From the NCBI GenBank assembly GCA_046351535.1, contig JAXLYG010000016.1, positions 128,670-192,669 on the forward strand: a stretch of 64,000 nt of DNA, read 5' to 3'. The position numbers were made by a program, and so were the translations under genes. The first letter of the stretch is position 1. Every line of letters begins with the position of its first letter. This document shows, in pieces, positions 8,328 through 20,552 of this stretch. The notes beneath the pieces were generated by a model. It made no database searches. It was not told the origin of the DNA and worked only from the letters and a program-made list of their open reading frames with translations. The stretch comes from Polyangiales bacterium (GTDB lineage Bacteria > Myxococcota_A > Polyangia > Polyangiales > Ga0077539).

Positions 8328-8798
8328 TCAGTCCCTGACCTGCTGCGCGAGGTAGTGCGCGACGCCGAGCTGCTCGATGAGGGTGAGCTGCGACTCGATC
8401 CAGTCGGCGTGCTCCTCTTCGGCCACGAGGATGTGTCGCAGGAGGTCTTCGGTGCCGTTGTCGCCGAGGTCGCGGCAGAGCTTCATGCCGTCGTTGAGCC
8501 GCGCGACGGCCTCGCGCTCGACCTCGAGGTCGAGCTTGAGCTGCTCGGGCACGGTCTCGCCCACGTTGACCTTGTTGAGCCGTTGGAGGTTCGGCACGCC
8601 GTCGAGGTAGAGGATCCGCTCGATGAGCGAATCGGCGTGCTTCATCTCGTCGATCGACTCCTTCTTGATGTAGTTCGCGAGCCGCGCGTAGCCCCAGTTG
8701 CGGCACATCTTCGCGTGCACGAAGTACTGGTTCACGGCGGTGAGCTCCGCGGTGAGCACCTGGTTCAAGACGTCGATGATGGCCTGCTGACCCTTCAT
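8328..8798 (-). CDS. bfr: bacterioferritin
   Basis: 156 aa. [37 protein letters not shown]...[21 protein letters not shown]...[12 protein letters not shown] is the canonical Bfr length with the di-iron ligand pattern. Confidence 0.93.
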   Translation of the reverse strand: MKGQQAIIDVLNQVLTAELTAVNQYFVHAKMCRNWGYARLANYIKKESIDEMKHADSLIERILYLDGVPNLQRLNKVNVGETVPEQLKLDLEVEREAVARLNDGMKLCRDLGDNGTEDLLRHILVAEEEHADWIESQLTLIEQLGVAHYLAQQVRD

Positions 8799-8895
8799 GG
8801 CGATACGACTCCTCTCCCGATGTTTCGGAGGCGGAACGTAGTACCCGAAGGCGCCGATCGGCAGTAGCGATTTCGACGGGAGAGAGACGCGATCG

Positions 8896-9123
8896 CTAGG
8901 CGGCGGAGCGAGAGACCGAGAGGTGCGTGCGGCCGCGCGCGTCGACGTGCGTCGCCTCGGCCTCGAGGTGCTCCTCGATCATGTCTTCGATCATGCCCCG
9001 GCAGGAGCCGCAGTCGGTCCCGGCGCCGCAGGCCACGCCCACGTCGTCGACCGTCATCGCGCCGCCTCCGATCGCGGCCCGAACCGAGGAACACCGTACG
9101 CCCTGGCAACTGCACACGATCAT
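8896..9123 (-). CDS. bfd: bacterioferritin-associated ferredoxin (BFD-like 2Fe-2S protein)
   Basis: MIVCSCQGV...[14 protein letters not shown] is the C-x-C...C-x2-C BFD pattern. It lies directly upstream of bfr on the same strand. Confidence 0.85.
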   Translation of the reverse strand: MIVCSCQGVRCSSVRAAIGGGAMTVDDVGVACGAGTDCGSCRGMIEDMIEEHLEAEATHVDARGRTHLSVSRSAA

Positions 9124-9185
9124 CGAACGCGCTTTCCTTCGAGGCGCTCGACTCGCCGCAGCGCGACCGTCGCCTCTGGGTGAAA

Positions 9186-9214
9186 GCTATAGTGAGACTG
9201 GTTCTCGATTTCAA
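9186..9214 (-). promoter_or_regulatory. sigma70-like promoter candidate for bfd-bfr (TTGAAA-N17-TATAGC)
   Basis: The minus strand reads cTTGAAAtcgagaaccagtctcacTATAGCt. This is the only AT-rich patch in the 9124-9328 intergenic region. The -10 lies about 60 nt upstream of the bfd ATG (9123). Confidence 0.45.
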
Positions 9215-9328
9215 GTACCCCCCCTCCCCGCGAGGCGTCCCTTTGTCGCGTTCGCGGAATCGATCGGGTAACGTCGCGGCCCGAGCGCCTGTGTTTTCGG
9301 GCGCTCAAGAAGAGAGGATCGCGAGCCG

Positions 9329-11088
<1,760 letters not shown>

Positions 11089-11092
<4 letters not shown>

Positions 11093-14007
11093 AGACCACG
11101 CTCACGCGCCTCGGCGCACTCACGCTCGCGGTGGCCCTCGCGGGAACCGCGCAGGCCGACGACCTCGCCGACGAGGCCGACCTCCAGTTCGAACTCGGCG
11201 CCGACGCCTATCGCGCGCGAGATTTCCGCACGGCCCTCGAGCACTTTCTCACCTCGAACCGCCTCGTGCCGAACCGCAACGTCGTCTACAACATCGCGCG
11301 CGCCTACGAGCAGCTCGCGCGCTACGCCGACGCGCACCGCGCCTACACCACGGCGCTCGAAGGCGAGACCGACGCCTCCGCGCAGTCGAGCATCCGCGCC
11401 GCCCTCGCGCGCATCGCCCCCTACGTCGCGGTGATGCGCGTCACCACGGAGCCGCCCGGCGCGACGATCTACATCGACCGACGCGACCTCGGCCCCCGCG
11501 GGTCTGCGCCGCGCGCGATGGCCTTCCAGCCCGGTCGCTACCGCGTGATCGCCGAGCTCGAAGGCTACGAGCCCGCCACGTCGGAGCCCGTCGAGCTGCG
11601 CGTCGGTCAGGAGGCGCCCGTCACCCTGCGCCTCACGCGCATCCTCGGCACCGTGCGCGTCGAGGGCGACGTCCACGCCGCCGTGCGCGTCGACGACGAA
11701 GCGGGGCCCGTCGTGGGGACGGTCCCGTGCTCCATCGAGCTCCCGCCGGGGCGACACCGCCTGCACCTCACGGCGGAGGGATACCAGCCCTTCACCGACA
11801 CCGTCGACGTGGTCGCGCGCAGCACCGTCACCACGCGCCCCACGGTGGCCCAGGTGACCGGCGCAGTGCTCGTGAGCGCCGACGAGCGCGACGCCCTCGT
11901 CGAGGTCGACGGACGCGCCGTGGGCTTCACGCCCGCGGTGATCAACGTCCAGGTCGGGCAGCGCCGCGTGCGCGTCTCGATGCCGGGCTTTCGCCCCATC
12001 GAGCGCCAGATCACCGTGCGACAGAGCGCGCAGGAGCGCGTCGACGTCTCGCTCACCCGCTACGAGGAGGTCTCCGCCGCGTCGCGCGCCGCAGAGAGCG
12101 TCGAGGACGCGCCGAGCTCCGTCTCGATCGTGTCGTCGCAAGAGCTCCGCGCGATGGCCTACCCCACCATCGCCGAGGCCCTGCGCGGCATCCGCGGCGT
12201 GTACCTCAGCGACGACCGCTCCTACGAGTCGCTCGGCTTCCGCGGCTTCGGACGGCCCGGCGACTACGGCAACCGCGTGCTCGTGCTCCTCGACGGGCAC
12301 CCCACCAACGACGACTGGGTGAACTCGTCGTACGTGGGCTACGACGCGCGCGTCGACCTCGACGACGTCGAGCGCATCGAGGTCGTGCGAGGCCCCGGCT
12401 CGCTCCTCTACGGCACGGGCGCCTTCTCGGGCGTCATCAACATCGTCACCCGCGGACGCGACGCGCCCAACGGCGGCGAGGTCGGCCTCTCGACCAACCA
12501 GTACGGCGTCGCGAGGGCCCGCGCGGGCCTGCGTCTCCGCAGCGGCGCCTTCGGAATGTGGGCCTCCGCCGCGGCCGCGTACGGCTCGGGGCGCGACCTC
12601 TTCATCCCCGAGTACCAGCAGCCCGCGATGGGGATGACACCCGCGAGCGACGGCTACTCGCGCAACGCCGACGGCTTCGTCGCGGCCACGCTCTCGGGGC
12701 GGCTCTGGTACCGCGACCTCACGCTCCAGTGGATGTTCAACACGCGTGACAAGACGATCCCCACGGGCGTCTACGACACGCTGCCGGGCAACCCTCGCAC
12801 CGACTTCGTCGACGCGCGCGGCCTCGCGGAGCTGCGCTACGAGCCCCGCTTCGGCGACACCTTTCAGCTCCTGACGCGCGCCTATCTCAACTACTACCGC
12901 TTCGTCGAGCGCCTCGCCTACGACGCCAACACCCCCAACGACGACGGCTACGACACGTACCGCGGCGTGTGGACCGGCGCCGAGGTCCGCGGCGTGTGGA
13001 CCCCGGGACGAGCCCTGCGGCTCACCGTCGGCGGCGAGGGCGTGGCGCACGTCGTGGTGCACCAGACCGCGGGCACGGTGGCGGCGCCCGAGTCCGACGA
13101 CGCGAGCGATCACCCGTACCAGACCGCGGCGGCGTACCTCTCGGCCGACGGCTCTCCCGTCGACTGGCTGCGCTACTCGGCCGGCGCGCGCCTCGACTGG
13201 TACAGCACCTTCGGCGCCACGGTGAACCCTCGCGTCGCGCTGATCTTCAGGCCCTACGCCGCGGGCAACCTCAAGGTCATGGCGGGCCGCGCGTTCCGCG
13301 CGCCGAGCATCTACGAGATCTTCTATACGACGGCCACGTCGCGGCCCAACGGGTCGCTGCAACCCGAGACCATCCTCTCGGGCGAGGTCGAGTACTCGCA
13401 CCGCATCACCAACACCTGGACCGCGCTGGCGTCGGTCTACGCGAACTACATCCAGAACCTCATCGCGCTCCGCACCACGCGCATCGGGATGTCGGACTTC
13501 GATCAGTACCAGAACACGTCGTCGCCGGTGCTCACGCTCGGCGCCGAGGCCGAGCTCCGACGCGAGTGGCGCCAGGGCTGGATGCTCTCGGCCTCGTACG
13601 CCTTTCAGCGCTCGCGCTACGTGGGCACGACGGACGGGCTCCGCGAGGTGCCCAACGCGCCCGAGCACCTGTTCTCGGTGCGCGGTGCCGCGCCCGTGGT
13701 GCCGCAGCTCTTCATCGCCTCGACGCGCCTCTCCGTCGAGGGCCCGCGGTGGGACCGCAACGACCGCGAGTTCGCGGGCGCTCCCGCGCAGACGCGCACG
13801 GACCCGGCGGTGGTGTGGGACGTGGTGCTCTCGGGCGCCGCGGAGCGCTGGGGATTGCGCTACGCCGTGGGCGTCTACAACGTCACCGACTGGCGCTACT
13901 CGGTGCCCGTGAGCACCGAGTTCGTGCGCGAGGGGATGCGCCCGAGCATCACCAACATCGTGCAGAACGGGCGCACCTTTCTGGCGAACGCGTCGGTCAC
14001 GTTCTGA
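11089..14007 (+). CDS. outer-membrane TonB-dependent receptor with an N-terminal TPR + three PEGA domain extension
   Basis: ATG 11089 overlaps the kinase stop (ATGA). Signal peptide MKTTLTRLGALTLAVALAGTAQA. TPR-like region (ADAYRARDFRTALEHF...YNIARAYEQLARYADAHRAY). Three PEGA modules (VMRVTTEPPGATIYID..., VRVEGDVHAAVRVDD..., VLVSADERDALVEVDG...). Plug motifs (APSSVSIVSSQELR...IAEALRGIRGVY...RIEVVRGPGSLLYGTGAFSGVINIVTR). The C-terminus ends NASVTF. The listed ORF 10024..14007 upstream of 11089 is out-of-frame overlap with the kinase. Confidence 0.85.
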
Positions 14008-14016
14008 CCGCGGGCG

Positions 14017-14895
14017 TCACGCGGGGAGCGTGGTCTTCGTGCGCTCCTCGCTGATCTTCCAGAGCTTCTTGCGCAGGTCGGCGTCGTTCACCGCGGGGTT
14101 GGGCTTCGCCTCCTTGCACGCGTCGTAGTAGCGCCCCGTGACGCCTTCGAGGTCCGGCGAGGCGGCCACGTAGGCGCTCGTGTGCGCGCCCTTCTCGGGC
14201 GTGATGAAGAAGGTCTTCGCGAACCACCGCTGGATCGCGCCCATGTCGCGCGCGAGCGAGGTCGAGACCACGCCGGGGTGGAGGTAGTTCACCGTGATCC
14301 CCTTGGACTTCACGCGCTCCGCGAGCTCGACGGCGAAGAGCGCGTTGGCGAGCTTCGAATCCGCGTAGGGGCCCGACATCATCCCCGAGGCGAAGCCCTT
14401 CTCGTAGTTGATGTCGTCGAGGTTGATCTTGCCGTTGAGGTGCAGCTTCGACGACACCACCACCACGCGCGACCTGCCCGCCGCCGCGAGCAGCGGCACG
14501 AGCTGGAGCGCCAGCGCGAAGTGTCCGAAGTGGTTCACGCCCATGGTCTTCTCGAGGCCGTCGGCGGTGGTCTCGCGCGCGGTCGTCCACACGCCCGCGT
14601 TGAGCACGAGCACGTCGACCTTCGGGTGACGCTCGGCGAGGGCCTTCGAGAAGGCGCGCACGGAGTCGAGGCTGGCGAGGTCCATGGGCATGACCTCGAC
14701 GTTCTGGTTGCCCGTCGAGCGCACGATGTCGTCGCGCACGGCGCCGGCCTTCGCGACGTTGCGCACGGGCATCACCACGGTGGCGCCGAGGTCGGCGAGA
14801 AAGCGCGCGGTCTCGACGCCGATGCCGTCAGACGCTCCGGTGACGACGACGACCTTGTTGTCGAGGCGAGAGAGCTGCTTCGGGTGCTTCATCAT
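14017..14895 (-). CDS. short-chain dehydrogenase/reductase (SDR) family oxidoreductase
   Basis: VVVVTGASDGIGVE (TGxxxGxG) and YADSKLANALF (YxxxK). The start is taken at MMKHPK (ATG 14895); the ORF is open to 15063. Confidence 0.85.
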   Translation of the reverse strand: MMKHPKQLSRLDNKVVVVTGASDGIGVETARFLADLGATVVMPVRNVAKAGAVRDDIVRSTGNQNVEVMPMDLASLDSVRAFSKALAERHPKVDVLVLNAGVWTTARETTADGLEKTMGVNHFGHFALALQLVPLLAAAGRSRVVVVSSKLHLNGKINLDDINYEKGFASGMMSGPYADSKLANALFAVELAERVKSKGITVNYLHPGVVSTSLARDMGAIQRWFAKTFFITPEKGAHTSAYVAASPDLEGVTGRYYDACKEAKPNPAVNDADLRKKLWKISEERTKTTLPA

Positions 14896-15145
14896 GGCCG
14901 CGCGTGATGCCACCGAAGGCCGCGCGTGCGCAAGAGGGGGCGTCGTTGCGGGAGCTTGCAGCTCCTTCGCGCCGTCGTCAGCGGTCGCGGCCCGCAGGAG
15001 GCACATCTGCGCGCGACCCGAGGCCGTCGCGAGCGCGTTGACCGCGTGCCAGCGCACCGCCACGCACCGTTGGCCGCCGCCGTACGGGTTCTTTCAACAC
15101 GCTCTGTGACCCATCGCTGGCGCATTTTGCGGTACACGAACCACG

Positions 15146-16990
15146 ATGATTCGCACGCGCCTATGCCTCGTGATCTCCGCGCTCGCCCTCGCGGCGTGCA
15201 GCGACACCGAGACGGCCACGCCGACCGACGCAGCTTCCAAGAGCGACGCCTGCGTCGGCGCCTCGTGCCCCGACGCGACCGGCGACGTGACGCCCTCCGA
15301 CGGGAGCCCCACCGACACGTCGATCGACGCGCCCGCCGATGCGCCCACGGACGCGCCCTCCCTCGACGCCGCGCTCGACGTCGCCGCAGACAGCGCGCTC
15401 GACGTCGCGGCCGATGTCGCGCCTCCGCCGTGTCCCATCTACCAGACGCGCTGCGCGGGGGCGTGCATCCCCACGCACGTCGACCCGGCCAACTGCGGCG
15501 GGTGCGGCGTGCGATGCGCCGCGGGGCAGGTGTGCTCCGGCGGCGTCTGCGGCTCGACCTGCCTCACGGGGCTGAGCGCGTGCGGCGGTCGATGCGTCGA
15601 CGTCCAGAGCGACAACGCCAACTGCGGCGCGTGCGGAACCGCCTGTCCCACAGGCCAGGGATGCATCGCGGGGATGTGCCGACGGCTCATGATCCTCGAC
15701 CCCGCGGGCGTGACGTGCGGCGCCGACGGCGTCGGTCCGCTCGTCGACCTCGGCGGCGGACGCTGCGCGGGCGGCGTCGCCGAGACGACGTTCCGCTGGG
15801 CGCTGTGCTCGTGTCAGAACGTGTCGCTGAGCGCGCGCTTCACCACCGACGGCTTCGACAGCACGCGCGGCCCCTACGCCCCCGGCGACACCGGCGCGGG
15901 CGTCGGCGCCAACGGGACCTTTCAGAGTTCGAACATCACCGAGGTCGGCGGCGCCCTCTGGATCGGCGCCGCGGCGCCGTGGGGCACCGCGAGCCCGCAC
16001 ACGATCAGCCAGGTGCTCCGCGTCAACGGGAGCTACAGCGGTTCGAACACCCTCACCGCGCGCGACGAGGCGTACTTCAACGGCCCCGTGCGCACGTCGT
16101 CGACGGTGGCCATCACGGGCGCGCTGCACCTCCCCGAAGGCGCCGCGATCGAGGGAGACGTCACCTACCGCCGCGCCGCGCGCGAGGCCGTCACCGTCAC
16201 ACCGCCGTGTGACTGCTCGGCGTCGGCGCGCGTCCCCGTGGCGGCGTTCATCGCCGAGGCCCGCACGCGCAACGACAACGCGCGCCTCGGCCTCGACGCC
16301 GCCTCGCTCACGGGGATCAACACCGCGGCGCGCATCGACCTCCCCTGCGGTCGGTACTACCTCCGCGGCATCACCTCGTCGGCGCCCGTCACCATCGTCG
16401 CCCACGGTCACACGGCCCTCTTCATCGACGGCGACATCTCGATGAGCCAGCCGCTCACGATCACCCTCGACCCCACCGCGGAGCTCGACGTCGTGCTCGG
16501 CGGACGCTTCGGGATCAGCGCCGCCCTCACCCTCGGAAACCCCGCGTACCCCGCCCTCACGCGGCTCTACGTGGGCTCGACCGACGGCCTCTCGCTCACG
16601 AACAACACCGTCCTCGGCGCGAACCTCTACCTCCCCGACGGACGCCTCGGAACCTCGGGCCCCCTCGAGGTCTTCGGCTCGGTCTTCGTCGGCGACTTCT
16701 CGTCGAGCAACGAGATCAGGGTCCACTACGACCGCGCCGTGCTCCGCGTCGGTGATGCGTGTCACCCCACGACTCCCACGACGCCCGCCGACGCTGGGAC
16801 CCCCGCGGACACGGGGACGCCCGCCGATGCGTCGAGGCCCGACGGCGGCGCCACGCCCATGTGCGCGAGCTGCCGCGACTGCGCCAACCAGGCCTGCAAC
16901 GGCGGGACGTGCGGCCCGTGCCGCGTCGACAGCGACTGCTGCGCGCCGCTCCAGTGCTGGATGGGTCGCTGCGTGGTGATCCCGGGCTGA
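15146..16990 (+). CDS. secreted Cys-rich lipoprotein with a central repeat/beta-helix-like region
   Basis: Lipobox MIRTRLCLVISALALAAC. Two CxGxC...NCGxCGxxCxxGxxCxxGxC modules. A long Gly/Ser/Thr/Val-rich middle. C-terminal Cys knot CASCRDCANQACNGGTCGPCRVDSDCCAPLQCWMGRC. Confidence 0.75.
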   Translation: MIRTRLCLVISALALAACSDTETATPTDAASKSDACVGASCPDATGDVTPSDGSPTDTSIDAPADAPTDAPSLDAALDVAADSALDVAADVAPPPCPIYQTRCAGACIPTHVDPANCGGCGVRCAAGQVCSGGVCGSTCLTGLSACGGRCVDVQSDNANCGACGTACPTGQGCIAGMCRRLMILDPAGVTCGADGVGPLVDLGGGRCAGGVAETTFRWALCSCQNVSLSARFTTDGFDSTRGPYAPGDTGAGVGANGTFQSSNITEVGGALWIGAAAPWGTASPHTISQVLRVNGSYSGSNTLTARDEAYFNGPVRTSSTVAITGALHLPEGAAIEGDVTYRRAAREAVTVTPPCDCSASARVPVAAFIAEARTRNDNARLGLDAASLTGINTAARIDLPCGRYYLRGITSSAPVTIVAHGHTALFIDGDISMSQPLTITLDPTAELDVVLGGRFGISAALTLGNPAYPALTRLYVGSTDGLSLTNNTVLGANLYLPDGRLGTSGPLEVFGSVFVGDFSSSNEIRVHYDRAVLRVGDACHPTTPTTPADAGTPADTGTPADASRPDGGATPMCASCRDCANQACNGGTCGPCRVDSDCCAPLQCWMGRCVVIPG

Positions 16991-17281
16991 GCCCTCTCCC
17001 CCGCCCCCGGGCCAGACGCGCTCGACCCGCGCGGTCTTCCTCGAAGCAGCCCTCGCCTCCGGGCAACCACCATCCGAAGCGCGAGAAGTCCCTGATTCCA
17101 TGCGGGTTCGTCGCAAGGGGTCAGGGCCTACCCCGCCCTGAAAGAGGCTGATTTACCGCTGTCGCTTCTTGCTGATTTCGCAACATCGGGTGATGAGGTC
17201 TTTCGCACTTCTGCGCGTCACACGGGTCGCGCGCGGAACCGGATCACCTCCATTTCGTGAGCCTTCGAGCGCGCTCCGCCC

Positions 17282-17920
17282 ATGTCAACGAAGCTCAAAC
17301 TTGCGTCTTCCTCGGTGGGATATCTCCTCGTGTGCTGGCACTGCCTGCGCTTCCACGGAGACGCCGCGCCGCCGAGGCCGGAGCTCCGTCACACCGCCGC
17401 CGCGCTGATCGCCGCGCCGCGCGCGGACGCGCCTCCAACGCCACCACCCGCGCCACCACCCGCGCGGTTGCCAGCCTCGCCAGACGTCTCTGTTGAAGCC
17501 TCCCCGACACCCGCCCCGAGACGCCCTTCGCCCGCCCCGATCGAAACACCCGCCGCGCTCCAGACCGCGCTCGACGACGCCATCGCGGGGCGCACGGTCG
17601 ACTTCGTCACCGGACGCGACGCGCTCACGGCGCAGAGCCTCGCGCTGCTCGACGACGTGGCCGCCGTGCTCAACGCGACGCCCCGGTGGCGCATCGAGGT
17701 GCAGGGCCACACCGACGACGCAGGCACCGCCCTCGCGTGCCGCGAGCGAGGCGCCCGCCGCGCGGCCCTCGTCGCGCAGCTCCTCTCCGACCGCGGCGTG
17801 CCCCTCCGTCGGCTCATCGTGCTCGGCGTCGGCGCGGCGCACCCCATCGCCGACAACGAGACCGAAGAGGGCCGACGGCGCAACCGACGGATTCGCTTCT
17901 TCGTGCGAGCGAGGCCGTGA
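17282..17920 (+). CDS. OmpA/MotB-family peptidoglycan-associated protein
   Basis: C-terminal OmpA-like domain: VDFVTGRDALTAQSLALLDDVAAVLNATPRWRIEVQGHTDD...ERGARRAALVAQLLSDRGV...NRRIRFFV. Confidence 0.8.
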   Translation: MSTKLKLASSSVGYLLVCWHCLRFHGDAAPPRPELRHTAAALIAAPRADAPPTPPPAPPPARLPASPDVSVEASPTPAPRRPSPAPIETPAALQTALDDAIAGRTVDFVTGRDALTAQSLALLDDVAAVLNATPRWRIEVQGHTDDAGTALACRERGARRAALVAQLLSDRGVPLRRLIVLGVGAAHPIADNETEEGRRRNRRIRFFVRARP

Positions 17921-18519
17921 TGCTCTTCTCGCACAGCCTCGCGTGCGCGGCGCTCACCGGGCTCTTCGCGGGCCTCATGGGCTGGTTCGCGCGGCAGCTC
18001 CTCGCCGAGCGCGCGGCCCGAGCGGCCGACGCGCTGCGCGCGAAGCTCGACGCCGCGGCGCGCGCGCACGAGGCCATGACCGCGCGCTACGAGTCGGCTT
18101 CGAAGAGCCTCGCCGCGCTCACGAAGCGCTACGACGACGTGCACGCGGCGGGGATCCGCTCCGCGGCGCACGCGAAGTCGCTCGAGGCCGAGCTCGAACG
18201 CCACGAGGGCCACATCGTCGAGCTCGCGCAGGTCATCGCCGAGCGAGACCGCGTGGTGCAGCGCCTCGAAGAAGCGCTCGCCGCCGTCGCGCGGCGGCAG
18301 CTCGATCGCCCCGACGCCGACGAGATCGCGCTCGACTACGAGTCGAACCGCGAGACGCCGCGGCCGCCGCGCGATTCGAAGCGCCCCGAGGCGCCGCGGT
18401 CTCCGCGCCCGTCGCCGCCGCCGTCGGCCACGCGGTCGCCCGTGCCCGCGACGCGCTCGCCGTCGCCCGCGCCGTCGCCGCTGCCGCCGGGGACGCGGAC
18501 GCCCATCTCACGAGGCTGA
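17920..18519 (+). CDS. membrane-anchored coiled-coil protein with a Pro-rich tail
   Basis: The ATG overlaps the OmpA stop (TGATG). N-terminal TM helix MLFSHSLACAALTGLFAGLMGWFA, then heptad-like Ala/Glu/Arg/Leu-rich sequence, then RSPRPSPPPSATRSPVPATRSPSPAPSP. Confidence 0.6.
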   Translation: MLFSHSLACAALTGLFAGLMGWFARQLLAERAARAADALRAKLDAAARAHEAMTARYESASKSLAALTKRYDDVHAAGIRSAAHAKSLEAELERHEGHIVELAQVIAERDRVVQRLEEALAAVARRQLDRPDADEIALDYESNRETPRPPRDSKRPEAPRSPRPSPPPSATRSPVPATRSPSPAPSPLPPGTRTPISRG

Positions 18520-18545
18520 CGGCGAGACGATCGGCGACGCGCGCG

Positions 18546-19472
18546 TCAGCGCTTCGAAGAGTGCTCGACCACGACGCGGACGAGTTCGAAGACGGGCAGC
18601 GGGACGTACGCGTCGGGCGAGAGGTTGCCCGCGACGGCGTCCTTCTCGACGAGCGCGTCTTCGCACGCGAGCAGGAGCACCGAGCCGTCGTCGCCCTGCA
18701 CGAGCCCGAGCGCGGCCACGGTGACGCCCGCGGCGCTCACGGCGTAGTTCACGGCCTTCACGGTCGCGTCGAGGGTCACCACGCGGCCGCCGAAGCGCAC
18801 CTCGCCGGGGGCGACTTCGAGCGTCGCGCCGCCCTGCGTGGGCTGCGAGATCCACGGCGTGCCCATGTCGAGGCTCGGCGCGAGGTGCGCGAGCAGCGCG
18901 TCGAGGGCGTGGCCCTCGGCGAGCGCGACGACGTTGGGCGACGCGGGCGAGAGCGCGAGGCTCTCGAGGTCGAGCGTCAGGGTCCGCGCGCGCCATGCCT
19001 CGGGGAGCTCACCCGCCGCGGCGCCGAGCTCGAGGAGCACCACGGGGTCGCCGTGCTGGCTCAGCACGAGCATCCGTCGGCCGGGCTTCGCGTCGACGAG
19101 GAGCACCGCGGAGTACGGCGCCACGAGGTCGAGCACGTCGAGGCGCTGCGAGGGGTCGAGCACGTCGAGGCGCCGCTCGCTCGCTTCGAGCTTCACCGTC
19201 GCGCCGCGGCGACGCGCGCGCGCCGCCATCACGCTCCCGAGAAAGACCCCCGCCGTCACGCCGGGGAGGATCCCGAGCGCGGGCGAGAAGCTCGTGCGCG
19301 AGAAGGCCGCCATGAAGACCCCGATCGAGAGCGTGGCCAGGCCGAGCACCGCGGCCGTGAGCCACGGCGGATCGCTCCGCAGCGGAAGGGTCAACGACAC
19401 GGCGCCCGGGACATCTCGCATCACCGTCATGGTCGCGACAGTACCACCGCCGCGCGGAGGTGGCGCTGCCAC
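18546..19472 (-). CDS. hypothetical membrane protein
   Basis: Two predicted N-terminal TM helices (WLTAAVLGLATLSIGVFMAAF; ALGILPGVTAGVFLGSVMAA) followed by a soluble domain. The composition is coding-like. The start could be the internal MTVMRDV. Confidence 0.55.
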   Translation of the reverse strand: MAAPPPRGGGTVATMTVMRDVPGAVSLTLPLRSDPPWLTAAVLGLATLSIGVFMAAFSRTSFSPALGILPGVTAGVFLGSVMAARARRRGATVKLEASERRLDVLDPSQRLDVLDLVAPYSAVLLVDAKPGRRMLVLSQHGDPVVLLELGAAAGELPEAWRARTLTLDLESLALSPASPNVVALAEGHALDALLAHLAPSLDMGTPWISQPTQGGATLEVAPGEVRFGGRVVTLDATVKAVNYAVSAAGVTVAALGLVQGDDGSVLLLACEDALVEKDAVAGNLSPDAYVPLPVFELVRVVVEHSSKR

Positions 19473-19568
19473 GCGCGTTACGCACCCGCATCGCGCGCGA
19501 TCCGCGCGTTTGAGGCGATAGAGCGCGCGGGTGATTTCTGCTACGCGTGGCGCCGAGGAGCGTCACTC

Positions 19569-20552
19569 GTGAGCACCAGCCGATACCTGCGCTACAAGGC
19601 CGACCGTCGCACGCTGAGCATCATCGGCGGGTGGTTCGCGCTCGTCGCGTTCCAGTGGATCGTGGCGCCGCGGAACCCGTGGATCGCCGCGCCGCTCATC
19701 GCGCTCACCTGCGCGGGGGCCTTTCTCGGCGCCGTCGCGACGCACAACGCCGTGCACTGCCCGGTCTTCCATCAGCGGTGGATGAACAACGTGTGGCAGG
19801 TGCTTCTCACGCTCACGTACGGCCACCCCGTGAGCTCGTACCTGCCGGGGCACAACCTCAGCCACCACCGCCACGCCGAGACCGTGCGCGACGTGATGCG
19901 CACCGACAAGGCGCGCTTCCGCGTGAACCTCTTCAACCTCCTGTTCTTCACCGCGTCGATCGGTCCGTCGATCATGGGCGCGGAGATCAAGTACGCGCGC
20001 TTCGCCGCGAAGCGCAGGCCGCGCTTCACGCGGCAGCTCATCGTCGAGACCGTGTGCATGGTGGTCTTCTTCGGCGCGCTCCTCGCGCTCGACTGGAAGA
20101 AGGCCCTGCTCTACGTGCTCCTCCCGTGGCAGTACGCGGCCTGGGGGATCGTCACGATGAACCTCCTCCAGCACGACGGCACCGACGCCACGAGCCCGTG
20201 GAACCACTCGCGCAACTTCATCGGCTCGGTGATCAACTGGTTCGCCTTCAACAACGGCTACCACACGATCCACCACCTCAAGCCCACGCTGCACTGGAGC
20301 CTCGCGCCCGAGGAGCACGCGCGCGTCGTCCGCCCCTCGATGGACCCGCGCCTCGAAGAGCCCTCGATGATCGCCTACCTCGCGCGGACGTACTTCGTCC
20401 CCGGCGGTCGCAAGAACTTCGACGGCACCCCGCGGCTCATCCGTGACCCCGGCCGCGACGAGTCGTGGTTCACCGACGACGGCCCGCTCCCCGCCACGGC
20501 CATCGCCCTCACGGCGGACGTGCTCCCACGACGTAGGGTCGGACGTCGATAA
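19569..20552 (+). CDS. membrane fatty-acid desaturase family protein
   Basis: Three His boxes: HNAVH, HNLSHHRH, HTIHHL. Several TM segments. GTG start at 19569. Only the last 327 codons of the listed ORF 17493..20552 are credible. Confidence 0.8.
   Translation: MSTSRYLRYKADRRTLSIIGGWFALVAFQWIVAPRNPWIAAPLIALTCAGAFLGAVATHNAVHCPVFHQRWMNNVWQVLLTLTYGHPVSSYLPGHNLSHHRHAETVRDVMRTDKARFRVNLFNLLFFTASIGPSIMGAEIKYARFAAKRRPRFTRQLIVETVCMVVFFGALLALDWKKALLYVLLPWQYAAWGIVTMNLLQHDGTDATSPWNHSRNFIGSVINWFAFNNGYHTIHHLKPTLHWSLAPEEHARVVRPSMDPRLEEPSMIAYLARTYFVPGGRKNFDGTPRLIRDPGRDESWFTDDGPLPATAIALTADVLPRRRVGRR

Noticed and set aside
9124-9328. Fur box in the bfd promoter region
   Set aside because: I looked for GATAATGATAATCATTATC-like sequence. 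Only a loose TGAAA-N23-TTTCA dyad is present, which is not convincing without a PWM scan.
15161-17116. 651-aa ORF antisense to the Cys-rich lipoprotein gene
   Set aside because: Arg/Gly/Asp-rich shadow frame. The sense strand has a lipobox and ordered Cys modules.
17493-19568. First ~690 codons of the listed ORF 17493..20552
   Set aside because: This is an Arg-rich read-through across the OmpA, coiled-coil and antisense membrane-protein genes. Desaturase motifs begin only after GTG 19569.
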